This document shows, in pieces, positions 43,186 to 54,422 of a stretch of 64,000 nucleotides of DNA (position 1 is the stretch's first letter; each line of letters starts with the position of its first letter). A model generated the notes under the pieces. It was not told where the DNA came from. It searched no databases and saw only the letters and a program-made list of their open reading frames with translations. Made by a program: the position numbers and the translations under genes. Origin of the DNA: Myxococcota bacterium (GTDB lineage: Bacteria; Myxococcota_A; UBA9160; UBA4427); NCBI GenBank assembly GCA_046583195.1, contig JAYGCV010000057.1, forward strand, positions 13,237-77,236. Reading direction: 5' to 3'.

Positions 43186-44325
43186 CTAACCGATGGTGGC
43201 CGTGACGGCTTCGATCACGCGATGCGCCTGCTCGTCGGTCATGCTCGGAAAGACCGGCAGGCAGATGTGACGCGCGCAGGCCTCTTCAGAGTTCGGGAGA
43301 TCGCTTGCGGCGTACTCTCGAAAGATGGGCTGGTGTTGGATCGGGTCCTCGTAGACCTCGCCGGCGAGTGACACGCCCCATGCTTCGCGCAACTCGGCCT
43401 TGAGCGCCTTGCGGTCGAGGCGTTCGGCGGTCTTCGCGATGTACTTGTAGTAATTCCAGGACGCACCGGGGCCGGGCACGAGGGCTTCGAGGTTTGCGCA
43501 CTTCGCAAGCCCGGCGTCGAAAATCCTGGCCACGTGCTGTCGCTTTTGGATCATCTCGGGCAGGCGCTCGAGATGGCGCCGCGCAATGGCGGCGTGCGGC
43601 TCAGACATCCGCCAGTTGTAGCCGAGGCGGGTATGGGCGTTCTGCGTAAAGCTGGCCTTCCCCTGGTCTCGGTAGATCCGGGCTTCGTCGGCGATGCGCT
43701 CGTCGCTGGTGGTGATGATTCCGCCTTCCCCGGCGGTCATCACCTTCGTGGGATAGAAGCTGAAAGCCGCCGCGATCCCGAAGGCGCCGGCCTGGGTTCC
43801 CTCGTAACTCGAGCCATGGGCATGGGCGGCGTCTTCGACGAGCCACAGGCCACGGGCGGACAGGACTTCCTGGATGCGCTTCATCTGGGGCGAGACGATG
43901 CCGCCGATGTGGACGACGATGGCGCCGACGGTGTTGGGGGTGATGCGCGCCTCGATCTCGTCCGGATGGGTGCCGAAGGTTTCGAGATCGGTATCCATCA
44001 GTACCGGCCGCCCACCGGCGTGGACGACGGCGGCGGCGGTGGCAAAGAAGGTGTTTGCGGGCACGAGCACGTCGCGCCCGGCGACACCCTGGGCGCGCAG
44101 GATGATCTCGAGTGCGGCCGTGCCGCTGCTCACCGACACCGCGTGGGAGACGCCGCAACTCTTGGCAAACTGCTCCTCGAGTTCGCGCCCGTGTGGGCCG
44201 AGAGTGAGTTGGCCGCTCTCGAGCATGGCCTCGATCTGCTCCGCGATCCAGCGCCGATCCTCGGGCTCGAATTCGATCTTTGCCGCGGGGACGGCGGGTA
44301 CAGTGTTCGGAACGGGCTTCGACAT
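43186..44325 (-). CDS. DegT/DnrJ/EryC1/StrS-family PLP-dependent sugar aminotransferase
   Basis: VSSGTAALEI, VEDAAHAHG and FSFYPTKVMTAGEGG (PLP lysine). Confidence 0.9.
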   Translation of the reverse strand: MSKPVPNTVPAVPAAKIEFEPEDRRWIAEQIEAMLESGQLTLGPHGRELEEQFAKSCGVSHAVSVSSGTAALEIILRAQGVAGRDVLVPANTFFATAAAVVHAGGRPVLMDTDLETFGTHPDEIEARITPNTVGAIVVHIGGIVSPQMKRIQEVLSARGLWLVEDAAHAHGSSYEGTQAGAFGIAAAFSFYPTKVMTAGEGGIITTSDERIADEARIYRDQGKASFTQNAHTRLGYNWRMSEPHAAIARRHLERLPEMIQKRQHVARIFDAGLAKCANLEALVPGPGASWNYYKYIAKTAERLDRKALKAELREAWGVSLAGEVYEDPIQHQPIFREYAASDLPNSEEACARHICLPVFPSMTDEQAHRVIEAVTATIG

Positions 44326-44474
44326 GGGGGCCGAATTCCTTTTGGTGAGAGCGGCTTCGGGGGCCGGGGGCTGTCGGCACCGCCCGTTGTTTAGGCTCGC
44401 GCATGGGGGACTGCAACCCCGCCTGCGGGCCGCACGGGAGGGTCGCGCCTCCGCCCAAGGGACCGTGGTGGAAA

Positions 44475-44888
44475 TCAGTCGCCCACGAGACCCTTCAGGT
44501 GGTCGAGGGCTCCGCCGTAGGCGCCCTCGAGCGCCCCTGTGATGGCCTCTGCCGGAACGCCGTCGGGCAACTCGAAACGCGCCGACCAGTCCACGTGGCA
44601 GCCGCCCTCGGTTTCGCTGACGCAGATTGTGGCGAGATAGTTCTGCACCGGAATCGGCCCCTCGGTGATCGAGTAGGAGAGGCTTCGGGCGCCGTTGTCG
44701 TGCGCTTCGAGCTTCTCGACGATGGTGGCCGCGCCCATCGCGATCCGGCGGATCGCTCCGACGCCTTCGCCCTCCACTTCGACGGATCCAACGCCGGGCA
44801 TCCAGTCGAGTTCGCCGAAGGCGCCGAGTTTTTCCCAGACGCGGTCGGCACTTGCCTCGAAATCTCGTTCGATCTTGATTTCCGCCAT
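44475..44888 (-). CDS. SRPBCC (START/polyketide-cyclase-like) ligand-binding protein
   Basis: 137 aa. MAEIKIERDFEASADRVWEKLGAFGELDWMPGV is a typical SRPBCC N-terminus. ATG 44888. Confidence 0.75.
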   Translation of the reverse strand: MAEIKIERDFEASADRVWEKLGAFGELDWMPGVGSVEVEGEGVGAIRRIAMGAATIVEKLEAHDNGARSLSYSITEGPIPVQNYLATICVSETEGGCHVDWSARFELPDGVPAEAITGALEGAYGGALDHLKGLVGD

Positions 44889-44943
44889 GTGTGTCTCCCT
44901 TGTGGGGCGTGTGGACCCTCTGCGGGTCCGGGCCAAGTCGCCC

Positions 44944-46044
44944 TCAGCCCATGGAAAGCACCGTCCGAATCCCACGGCCAGCCCGCAGGTCGTCGAGTGC
45001 TTCGTTGATTTCTTCGAGGGGGCGCTTTCGCGTGATCAGCGCCTCAAGGTCGATGTGCCCGGCCTTCCACAGCGCGATTATGCGCGGGATCTCGAGGAGC
45101 GAGTTCACACTTCCGAGAACACAGCCGAGGAGTTTCTTGCCGCTGGCGGTGAACAGCGCCGCCGGGGCGATTTCGATCTTCTCTTCGATCGCGGCCGCTC
45201 CCACGCAGACCGTCGTTCCACCGTTGCGGGTCGCGAAGAACCCCGTTGTGACGAGGGAGGCGAACCCAGCGGCTTCGAAAGCGTAGTCTACGCCCACCGC
45301 CGTCGCCTCCCGGACCAGGGCCACGACGTCGTCCTTCGCGGGGTCGATCAAATCGGTGGCGCCGAGGTTTTTTGCGGCGGCGCGGCGTTCCGGGACCGGG
45401 TCGGAGGCGAAGATCCGCGCCGCGCCGGCCAGCCTCGCACCCTGGACGACGCTCAAACCGATGCCGCCGAGGCCCATCACCAGCACCGTGGCGCCTTCCT
45501 CCACGCCCGCCGTGTGCAGGACTGCACCCACACCGGTTTGCACGGCGCAGCCGATCACGCAGGCCACATCGAGGGGCACGTCTGCGTCGATTTTTACGGC
45601 GCCCGTTGCTGTCGTCAGCACGGACTGCGCGAAGGCGCCGACGTTGAGACCGCGGTAGACGGTTTCGCCCCCGCGCCGAAGCCCGGTGCTGCCGTCGGCG
45701 AAGGTGCCCGTGGCCAGGCCGATGGTCTTCTCGCACACGCTGGTGTCGCCGCGCACGCAGAAGTAGCAGGTGCCGCAGGGGGGGCAGGGCGTGAGCACCA
45801 CCGGGTCTCCGACCGCGAGGGAATCGACCTGGTCGCCGATGGCCTCCACCACGCCCGCGGCCTCGTGGCCGAGGACGATGGGCAGTGGTGCGGGAAACGC
45901 GCCGTCAATCAGCGAGAGATCGGAGTGGCAGAGCCCGCAGTGCGAGACGCGCACCTGGACCTGCCCGGGCCCGGGGGCGTCCTGCACGATGTCGTCGACC
46001 ACGTCGAGGCGGCTTTTGGGGGCAGAGAGGAGGGCGGCCTTCAT
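44944..46044 (-). CDS. Zinc-dependent alcohol dehydrogenase (class III / mycothiol-type-like MDR)
   Basis: CGLCHSD, GHEAAGVVEAIG, the structural-Zn cluster CPPCGTCYFCVRGDTSVC, and GLGGIGLS. Confidence 0.9.
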   Translation of the reverse strand: MKAALLSAPKSRLDVVDDIVQDAPGPGQVQVRVSHCGLCHSDLSLIDGAFPAPLPIVLGHEAAGVVEAIGDQVDSLAVGDPVVLTPCPPCGTCYFCVRGDTSVCEKTIGLATGTFADGSTGLRRGGETVYRGLNVGAFAQSVLTTATGAVKIDADVPLDVACVIGCAVQTGVGAVLHTAGVEEGATVLVMGLGGIGLSVVQGARLAGAARIFASDPVPERRAAAKNLGATDLIDPAKDDVVALVREATAVGVDYAFEAAGFASLVTTGFFATRNGGTTVCVGAAAIEEKIEIAPAALFTASGKKLLGCVLGSVNSLLEIPRIIALWKAGHIDLEALITRKRPLEEINEALDDLRAGRGIRTVLSMG

Positions 46045-46079
46045 GGGGGGCTTGCTTTCATTGGGCGGAGCGCATCGCT

Positions 46080-47771
46080 TTAGTCTTCGAGTTGGGTGTT
46101 CGTGGCTTCGCCGGTCAGCACGTTCTTCAGCACCTTGCCGGCGGCGTTGCGCGGCAGTGGTTCGGAGCCGATCTCCCAGTGCGCGGGGACCTTCTGGGCC
46201 GAGAGCGTCTCGGCGGCAAAGGCGGTGAGCTCTTTCGCAGAGACCGCGGCGCCGGGATTCACGACCACGAAGGCTTTTACTTCTTGCCCGAGTTCGGGGT
46301 GATCGATGCCGACGATGGCCGATTCGGCGACGTCGGCGTGGGCGTCGAGGCGATGTTCGATCTCGGCCGGGTAGATGTTCTCGCCCCCTCGCAGGATCAT
46401 GTCGCGGGCACGCGAATTGATGTAGAGCCAGCCATCCTCGAGCCGTCCGATGTCGCCGGTGGCGAGCCAGCGTCCCGGCTTGAGGGTCTCGGCCGTCGCT
46501 TTGGGACGGCGCCAGTATTCCTTCATCAGGTAGGGGCTCTGGATGTGGATCTCGCCGTCCTCGCCGTCCGGCAGTCGGCGGTCCGCCGCATCGCGGATCT
46601 CGATGGCATGGGTGGCCACCGGCTGACCCGCTGAAGTCGGGCGTTCTTGCAGGGCAGCGCCGCCGATGATGGTTCCGATGCCGGAAGATTCGGAGAGCCC
46701 GTAACCCATCCCCTGGTTCTGGGCCGCTGAGGGGAAGGCCTCGCGCAGGGCCTCTTGCAGCGCAGGCGAAGTCGGTGCGCCGCCGAAGCCGACGTTGCGC
46801 AGGCTCGAGGTGTCGTAGCGCGGGCGGGTCGGTTCATGGACGATGCGCCAGCCGGTGTTGCCCAGCGCCGTCCAGGCGCTCACGCGTTCCTTCTCGATCA
46901 GTTGCAGCACCGCCTCGGGATCGAAGCGGCCGGCGCGGAAAACCGTCTTGCCCCCCACCGCGAGCATCATCAGGGTGGCGGCGTAGAGACCCGAGAGGTG
47001 AAAAAGCGGGACGGTTGCCAGGACGCAGGGAGCCACCGGGGCGGGCAGCGATTCGCCGCTGGCCTCGGCGGCGCGTGCAGCGCGCATCGCGCCTTCGAGG
47101 CCCGTCAGCGCGTAACACTGCAGGAAGCCCAGGATGCCGCGGTGCGTGTTGACGGCGCCCTTTGGGCGCCCGGTGGTGCCGCTGGTGTAGAGAATCAGCG
47201 CCGGGTCGTCCTCTTCGATGGCGATTTCGGGCAGCCCGCAGTCGGCGGTCGGTTTCGAGAGTGCATCGAACTCGGGCCCCATCTCGAGGACTGGAAGGTC
47301 GGTGTCGCCCGCTTCGAGCCGGGCCAGTCGCCGGGTGTCGCCGATCAGGAGGCGCGGTTCGGAATCTTCGAGGCCGTAGAGGATCTCATCGCGGACCCAC
47401 CAGCCATTGAAGGCCGAGGCGATGGCCCCGAGGCTGACAACGGCAAAGAAGGCGATCACAAATTCGGGACAGTTTGCAGCGAGCAGGGCGACACGGTCAC
47501 CGGGGCCGATCCCGTAACGCTCCCGCAGGTTCGCGGCGAGTGCGGCGACGCGCGCGTGGTGCTCGGCGTAGGAGATGCGCTGGTCTCCGTAGACCATGAA
47601 CTCCTTCTCGCCGTGGACGGCGGAGCCCTCGAGGAGTTCGGGCAGGGAGCGAAGGCGGGTCTTGAAGACCGGCAGGCGTGTCCCGAGAACCTCCTCCTCC
47701 GCGATCTCAAAGGGGGCGCCGGGCGCAGTCAGCTGTGCGCGAATTTCTTGCTGGGGGTTCGTGGCAGGCAC
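46080..47771 (-). CDS. AMP-dependent acyl-CoA synthetase/ligase (paralogue of 14167..15846)
   Basis: LYTSGTTGRPKG, GYGLSE and TGDIGRLEDGWLYINSRARD. GTG 47771 has GGAG about 10 nt upstream. The N-terminus QLTAPGAPFEIAEEEV mirrors ELTAPGAPFELAELEI of the other ligase. Confidence 0.9.
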   Translation of the reverse strand: MPATNPQQEIRAQLTAPGAPFEIAEEEVLGTRLPVFKTRLRSLPELLEGSAVHGEKEFMVYGDQRISYAEHHARVAALAANLRERYGIGPGDRVALLAANCPEFVIAFFAVVSLGAIASAFNGWWVRDEILYGLEDSEPRLLIGDTRRLARLEAGDTDLPVLEMGPEFDALSKPTADCGLPEIAIEEDDPALILYTSGTTGRPKGAVNTHRGILGFLQCYALTGLEGAMRAARAAEASGESLPAPVAPCVLATVPLFHLSGLYAATLMMLAVGGKTVFRAGRFDPEAVLQLIEKERVSAWTALGNTGWRIVHEPTRPRYDTSSLRNVGFGGAPTSPALQEALREAFPSAAQNQGMGYGLSESSGIGTIIGGAALQERPTSAGQPVATHAIEIRDAADRRLPDGEDGEIHIQSPYLMKEYWRRPKATAETLKPGRWLATGDIGRLEDGWLYINSRARDMILRGGENIYPAEIEHRLDAHADVAESAIVGIDHPELGQEVKAFVVVNPGAAVSAKELTAFAAETLSAQKVPAHWEIGSEPLPRNAAGKVLKNVLTGEATNTQLED

Positions 47772-49144
47772 GGCGTATCGCTCCGGCGTGGTGTGGGCGC
47801 AGGAGAATACCCCAGCCCGCCGGGCGCGGGCGGTCGCCGGTCGCACGCACTTCGCGACACGGAGCGCGGACGACGCCGGCGGGGTTGGGCCAGCGGCGCC
47901 GGTGGCACATGGGCGCGGGCCGCTCTAGAAGCACGCCGCATACCGCTCCGATGTAGGTGTGGAGAGCCGGCCGCCAGGCTGAGCCGATCGGCTGCGGCGC
48001 TCCGTTGGGCAGAGGGTCGGCAGCCGCGGGCGAATCCCCTTGCGGGCCCGGGCGCTAGGCTATGAAAGTGCAAGCGTTTTCGACACTTCCACCTGTCTGC
48101 AGGGTCTGGCGCAGGCCGAGGGCCGGGCCAGGGCCAGTGGCGCGCGTCGGGAGAGAGCCATGAAACCGGGCCGGGTAGGCACTGTGATCGTCGGCTTCTG
48201 GGTGCTTGCGAACGTTTCGATCGCGGCCGACTTCTGGACGCTGCCGCCGGACCGCGCCCGCGAGCTCTTGCGTTCGGCCCCCTTCGCGATCCGCAGCGAG
48301 GAGCGCACCGCCCACGGCACCTCGGGCACCCGGGAAGTCGAACTCTGGTTTCCGGGCGAGCAGGTGACCCTGCGCGCGAAGTGGAAGGAGGTTCCCCCCG
48401 GCGGCGACGGGATCAACAACTCGCCGCGCAAGGAGATCGCGGCCGACGAGCTGCAGCGACTCGTCCTGCCCGAAAGCAATTACGTCGCTCCGCCCACGGT
48501 GCTGCGTTGCATCCCGCTGGACGAGGTGCCCGCTGCCATGCGACCCGAGCGCCCCACGCTCGAGGGCACGTCCTGCGTGCTGGGAACGCTTTCGCTCTGG
48601 CTCGAGGGGGTCACGGTGCCCGAAAACCTCTGGTCCCCCGAGCGTTTCGCGAGAGACCCCGATTACGCGAGCGCCATGGGCGATCTCAATTTTTTTACCT
48701 ATCTGATTGATCACCGCGACGGGCGGGAGGGAAACATTCTGGTCTCGGAGCCGGGGAAACCCGAGCGGGCCTTCGCCATCGACAACGGCATCAGTTTCAA
48801 CCCGTGGATCTGGAACTTCTTCGTGCCGAACTGGCACAACCTGCGCGTACCGGCGCTGCCCGAGGCGCACATCGCAAGGTTGCGTGGGCTTGCCGAGGAG
48901 CGCTTCGATGGCCTGGCGATCGTCGCAGAGATGCGTAGCGACGGCTCCGGGGTACTGCGCCCCAGGGCGGCCGGAAAAAATCTCGACCCGGAGGTGGGGG
49001 CTCGCCTTGCGCCCGGGGCGATCCAGTTGGGGCTGACGACGAGCGAGATCCGGAAGCTAAAGAAGCGCGTTCGCAAACTTCTCGAAGACGTCGATTCGGG
49101 GGAGGTGTTGACCTTCTCGGCCGAGGCCGGGACGCTGCCGGCCT

Positions 49145-50851
<1,707 letters not shown>

Positions 50852-51013
50852 GAGTTCCCTTCGGGTTTCGGGGCGGGCCCGTTCGCTTGCTCGGAGCGGC
50901 GACTCGCGGTGGGACGGCGATCAGCAGGCCCCGATGCGGACCGCGTGCTCGCCACGCTGGGGGCGCAAGGCTAGCATCCGCCGCCGCGGCTGGTCGCGGC
51001 TGGGGGAGTCCGA

Positions 51014-51802
51014 ATGTCCGAAGCCACGGTGCTCAAAAGCCGCGTGGGGTTCGTCCTCACCCTCACGCTGAACCGCCCAGCGCAAATGAACGCCTTCAAT
51101 CGCGAGCAGTGGTGCGCCTTGCGCGATGCCCTGGCTGCAGCCCGGGAAGACCCGGAGATTCGCTGCGTGGTGGTGACCGGGACGGGGGACGCCTTTACCG
51201 CGGGGCAGGATCTCGGCGAAATGGCGACACCGCCGCCGGTAGACGGCGAGCATGCCGGCTTCCCGTTCAGCAGCTTCATGGACGAGTTGATCCGCTTCGA
51301 CAAGCCGCTTTTCGCCGCGGTGAACGGTGTGGGGGTGGGGATCGGTCTTACCCTGCTGCTCCACTGCGATTTCGTGATGATCGCGAACAGCGCCCGCCTG
51401 CGGGCACCCTTCGTTCGTCTCGGCGTGGTCCCGGAGGCGGCCAGCAGCTACCTGCTCGAGGCCGTCGTGGGGATTCGAAATGCGGCAGAGATCCTGTTCA
51501 CGGCGGGCTGGGTCAGCGGCGCCCGTGCGGTCGAAATCGGGTTGGCGAACAGCCTCCACCCGGTCGAAGAAGTGCTGGCGGCGGCCGAGGAGAAGGCCCG
51601 CGAAGTCGCGCGTCACGGGCCCGCTTCGCTGCGTCACACCAAGCGCCTGCTGCTGGCGACCCGGGCCGAGGCCGTGGCGGCGGCGCGGGCGCGCGAGGAC
51701 GAGGCCTTCGTCGTCCGCACGGGTTCGCCCGAGAACCTCGAGGCGATCCGCGCCTTCTTCGAGAAGCGCGAGCCCGACTTCGAGGGCCTGTCGCAGGATT
51801 GA
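51014..51802 (+). CDS. Enoyl-CoA hydratase/isomerase family protein
   Basis: LTLNRPAQMNAF, FTAGQDL and NGVGVGIGLTLLLHCD. GGGGGAG precedes ATG 51014. Confidence 0.9.
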   Translation: MSEATVLKSRVGFVLTLTLNRPAQMNAFNREQWCALRDALAAAREDPEIRCVVVTGTGDAFTAGQDLGEMATPPPVDGEHAGFPFSSFMDELIRFDKPLFAAVNGVGVGIGLTLLLHCDFVMIANSARLRAPFVRLGVVPEAASSYLLEAVVGIRNAAEILFTAGWVSGARAVEIGLANSLHPVEEVLAAAEEKAREVARHGPASLRHTKRLLLATRAEAVAAARAREDEAFVVRTGSPENLEAIRAFFEKREPDFEGLSQD

Positions 51803-51946
51803 GGGAGCCTTTCGCTTCGCCAGAGGAGGGTGTCGTGATCGCGGGCGTGTGCGCCGGGCGGCATCGGCGGCCGCGAGGGGCCTCTGCTACCCATCGAGAC
51901 AACGCTGGCTCTGCGCCGAGGCGTGCAGAAGAGAGGATGCCTAAGA

Positions 51947-52750
51947 ATGGCGGACCTGCTCGGGTACGAAGGAAAGACGGTGGTACTCGTAGGAGCGGCC
52001 ACCGGGATGGGCGATGCCGCGACGAAGCAACTCGTCGAACTCGGCGCCGAAGTCTACGCCCTCGACATCGCTCCGATCGAGGCACCGGTGAAGCAGGGGA
52101 TCGAGGTCGACCTGCGCGACCGGGGCTCGATCGACGCGGCGCTTGCAAAGCTTCCCGAGCACGTCGATTCGCTGTTTCACTGCGCGGGGTTGCCGGGGGC
52201 GCCGTTCAGCAACCTCGACACCATGCTCGTCAACTTCGTGGGGCAACGGCACTTCACCGAATCGCTCCTGCCGCGGATCCCGAACGGGGGCGCGATCGCG
52301 ATCATCACCTCAGTGGCTGGGATCGGCTGGTCGAAGAATCGCGAGTCCGTCGATGCGCTGGTCGCTACCCAGGATTTCGAGGGGGGCCAGGCCTGGTGCG
52401 AGGCGAACCCCGACGCGGCGAACGGTTATCTCTTCTCGAAGCAGTGCATCATCGCCTACACGAAGCGGAAGTCGGCAGACCTGGTGGCGCGCGAGATCCG
52501 CATCAATTGTCTTTCCCCGGCACCCACCGATACGCCGATGCTCTCCAGCTTCCACGACCAGGTGAGCCGGGAGTTCATCGAGGAACACTTCCTCTCACCC
52601 TTGGGGCGCAACGCAACGCCGGAGGAGATGGGCGACCCGCTGATCTTCCTCAACAGCACGGCGGCGCGCTTCATCAGCGGCCAGAATCTGATCGTCGATT
52701 TCGGCTATGTGGCAGCGACCGAAATGGGTCTGCGCCCGGCGCTGCTCTAG
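51947..52750 (+). CDS. SDR family oxidoreductase (atypical, coniferyl-alcohol-dehydrogenase-like)
   Basis: VLVGAATGMG cofactor motif, YLFSK catalytic pair and RINCLSPAPTDTPM. Confidence 0.8.
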   Translation: MADLLGYEGKTVVLVGAATGMGDAATKQLVELGAEVYALDIAPIEAPVKQGIEVDLRDRGSIDAALAKLPEHVDSLFHCAGLPGAPFSNLDTMLVNFVGQRHFTESLLPRIPNGGAIAIITSVAGIGWSKNRESVDALVATQDFEGGQAWCEANPDAANGYLFSKQCIIAYTKRKSADLVAREIRINCLSPAPTDTPMLSSFHDQVSREFIEEHFLSPLGRNATPEEMGDPLIFLNSTAARFISGQNLIVDFGYVAATEMGLRPALL

Positions 52751-52774
52751 TCGGTCGGCGCGCCGGAGGGATGC

Positions 52775-53791
52775 ATGGGTGATCTGAAGCTGGGGTTGCA
52801 ACTGGGGTACTGGGGTGCGCAGCCGCATCCAGACCTGATTCCCGTGGCGCAGGAAGCCGAGAAGCTCGGCTTCGATTCGATCTTCACCGCCGAGGCCTGG
52901 GGCTCCGACGCCTTCACGCCGCTGGCGTGGATCGGGGCGCACACCTCGAAGATCAAGCTCGGTACTTCGGTGGTGCAGCTCTCCGCGCGCACGCCCACCG
53001 CCACCGCGATGGCCACGCTGACCCTCGATCATCTGAGCGGAGGGCGCGTAATCCTGGGGCTTGGAGTGTCGGGTCCCCAGGTGGTGGAGGGCTGGTACGG
53101 ACAACCCTTCGCGAAGCCGCTGTCGCGTACGCGCGAGTACATCGGGATCATTCGACAGGTGCTCGAACGAGGCGGGCCGGTGGCCAGCCCGGGGCCCCAC
53201 TACCCGCTTCCCTACCGCGGCGAGGGCTCCTGGGGGCTGGGCAAGCCGCTGCGCTCGATTACGCATCCGCTGCGCGCGGACGTGCCGATCTTCATGGGGG
53301 CCGAGGGACCGAAGAACGTGGCGCTGGCGGCGGAGATCGCCGACGGCTGGCTGCCGCTGTACTACTCGCCCTACCGGCAGGAGGTCTACGCCGACCAGTT
53401 GGCGAAGGCGAAGCCCGGCTTCGAGATCTCGCAGGTCGTGGTGCTGAACATCCACGACGACGTCGAAGAGGCGCTGATGCCGGTGAAGGCCTCGCTGGGA
53501 TTCTACGTCGGCGGCATGGGTGCAAAGAAGCGGAACTTCCACATGGAATTGATGGCGCGCATGGGTTTCGAGGCCGAGGCGCAGAAGATCCAGGAGCTCT
53601 TCTTCGAGGGAAAGCGCGCCGAAGCGGTGGCGATGGTGCCGAGCGAGTTCGCGGACGAGATTTCGCTGGTGGGGCCGATCGACCGCGTGCGCGACCGCCT
53701 GCAGGCGTGGCGCGACACTCCGGTGACGACCCTACTGCTGGGCACCCGCGATTTCGCGACGATGCGAACCGCGGCAGAACTCGTACTGTAG
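52775..53791 (+). CDS. Luciferase-like monooxygenase (LLM) family oxidoreductase, probably the F420-dependent subclass
   Basis: LGFDSIFTAEAWGSDAFTPLAW, GRVILGLGVSGPQVVEGWYG and ADGWLP. The cofactor class is inferred from resemblance only. Confidence 0.8.
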   Translation: MGDLKLGLQLGYWGAQPHPDLIPVAQEAEKLGFDSIFTAEAWGSDAFTPLAWIGAHTSKIKLGTSVVQLSARTPTATAMATLTLDHLSGGRVILGLGVSGPQVVEGWYGQPFAKPLSRTREYIGIIRQVLERGGPVASPGPHYPLPYRGEGSWGLGKPLRSITHPLRADVPIFMGAEGPKNVALAAEIADGWLPLYYSPYRQEVYADQLAKAKPGFEISQVVVLNIHDDVEEALMPVKASLGFYVGGMGAKKRNFHMELMARMGFEAEAQKIQELFFEGKRAEAVAMVPSEFADEISLVGPIDRVRDRLQAWRDTPVTTLLLGTRDFATMRTAAELVL

Positions 53792-53844
53792 TTCCGTCCC
53801 AGACTGTAGATCCGTCCCAGAGCTGGGACGCAGAGAGGAGATCG

Positions 53845-54405
53845 ATGAGCGAGTACCTGGGGGACCGGCGCAAAGCGCTGGAAGAGAGTTTCTTCGCGAA
53901 GCAGGAGCAAAAGCTGCTGGACGAGATTCGCCAGCAGCGCGACCAGGAGGCCGGCATTCAGGCGCTGGCGGGGGCGTGCGGGATAGACGACGCGTCGGTG
54001 GTCGAGGCCCTGATCGGGGCGGGGATCGAGCCCGAGACACTGCCCGCGCTCACCTTGATCCCTTTGGTGATGGTGGCCTGGGCCGACGGCAAGGTGCAGG
54101 ACGAGGAACGCACGGCGATTCTCGAGTCCGCCGCAAGCCACGGCGTGCGCGCCGGGCAGCCTCCGGCCGTCCTGCTCGAATCGTGGCTGGCCGTGCGCCC
54201 ACCGGACAGCCTTTTTGATGCCTGGCTGGGCTACGCCGAGGGGCTTCGCGATCAACTCGGAGAGACCGAGCGCCAGGCGGTAAAGCGCGATCTCGTGGGC
54301 CGAGCGCGCGCGGTGGCCGCAGCAGCCGGTGGAATTCTGGGCATCGGCCCCAAGACCTCGGGTGCCGAGAAGGCCGTGCTCGAGAAGATCGAGGCGGCGC
54401 TCTAA
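53845..54405 (+). CDS. TerB-family (tellurite-resistance/DjlA-N-like) protein
   Basis: AGAGAGGAG precedes ATG 53845. The motif VMVAWADGKVQDEERTAIL is typical of TerB-like domains. Confidence 0.65.
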   Translation: MSEYLGDRRKALEESFFAKQEQKLLDEIRQQRDQEAGIQALAGACGIDDASVVEALIGAGIEPETLPALTLIPLVMVAWADGKVQDEERTAILESAASHGVRAGQPPAVLLESWLAVRPPDSLFDAWLGYAEGLRDQLGETERQAVKRDLVGRARAVAAAAGGILGIGPKTSGAEKAVLEKIEAAL

Positions 54406-54422
54406 GGTCGCGGAGGCCCCGG

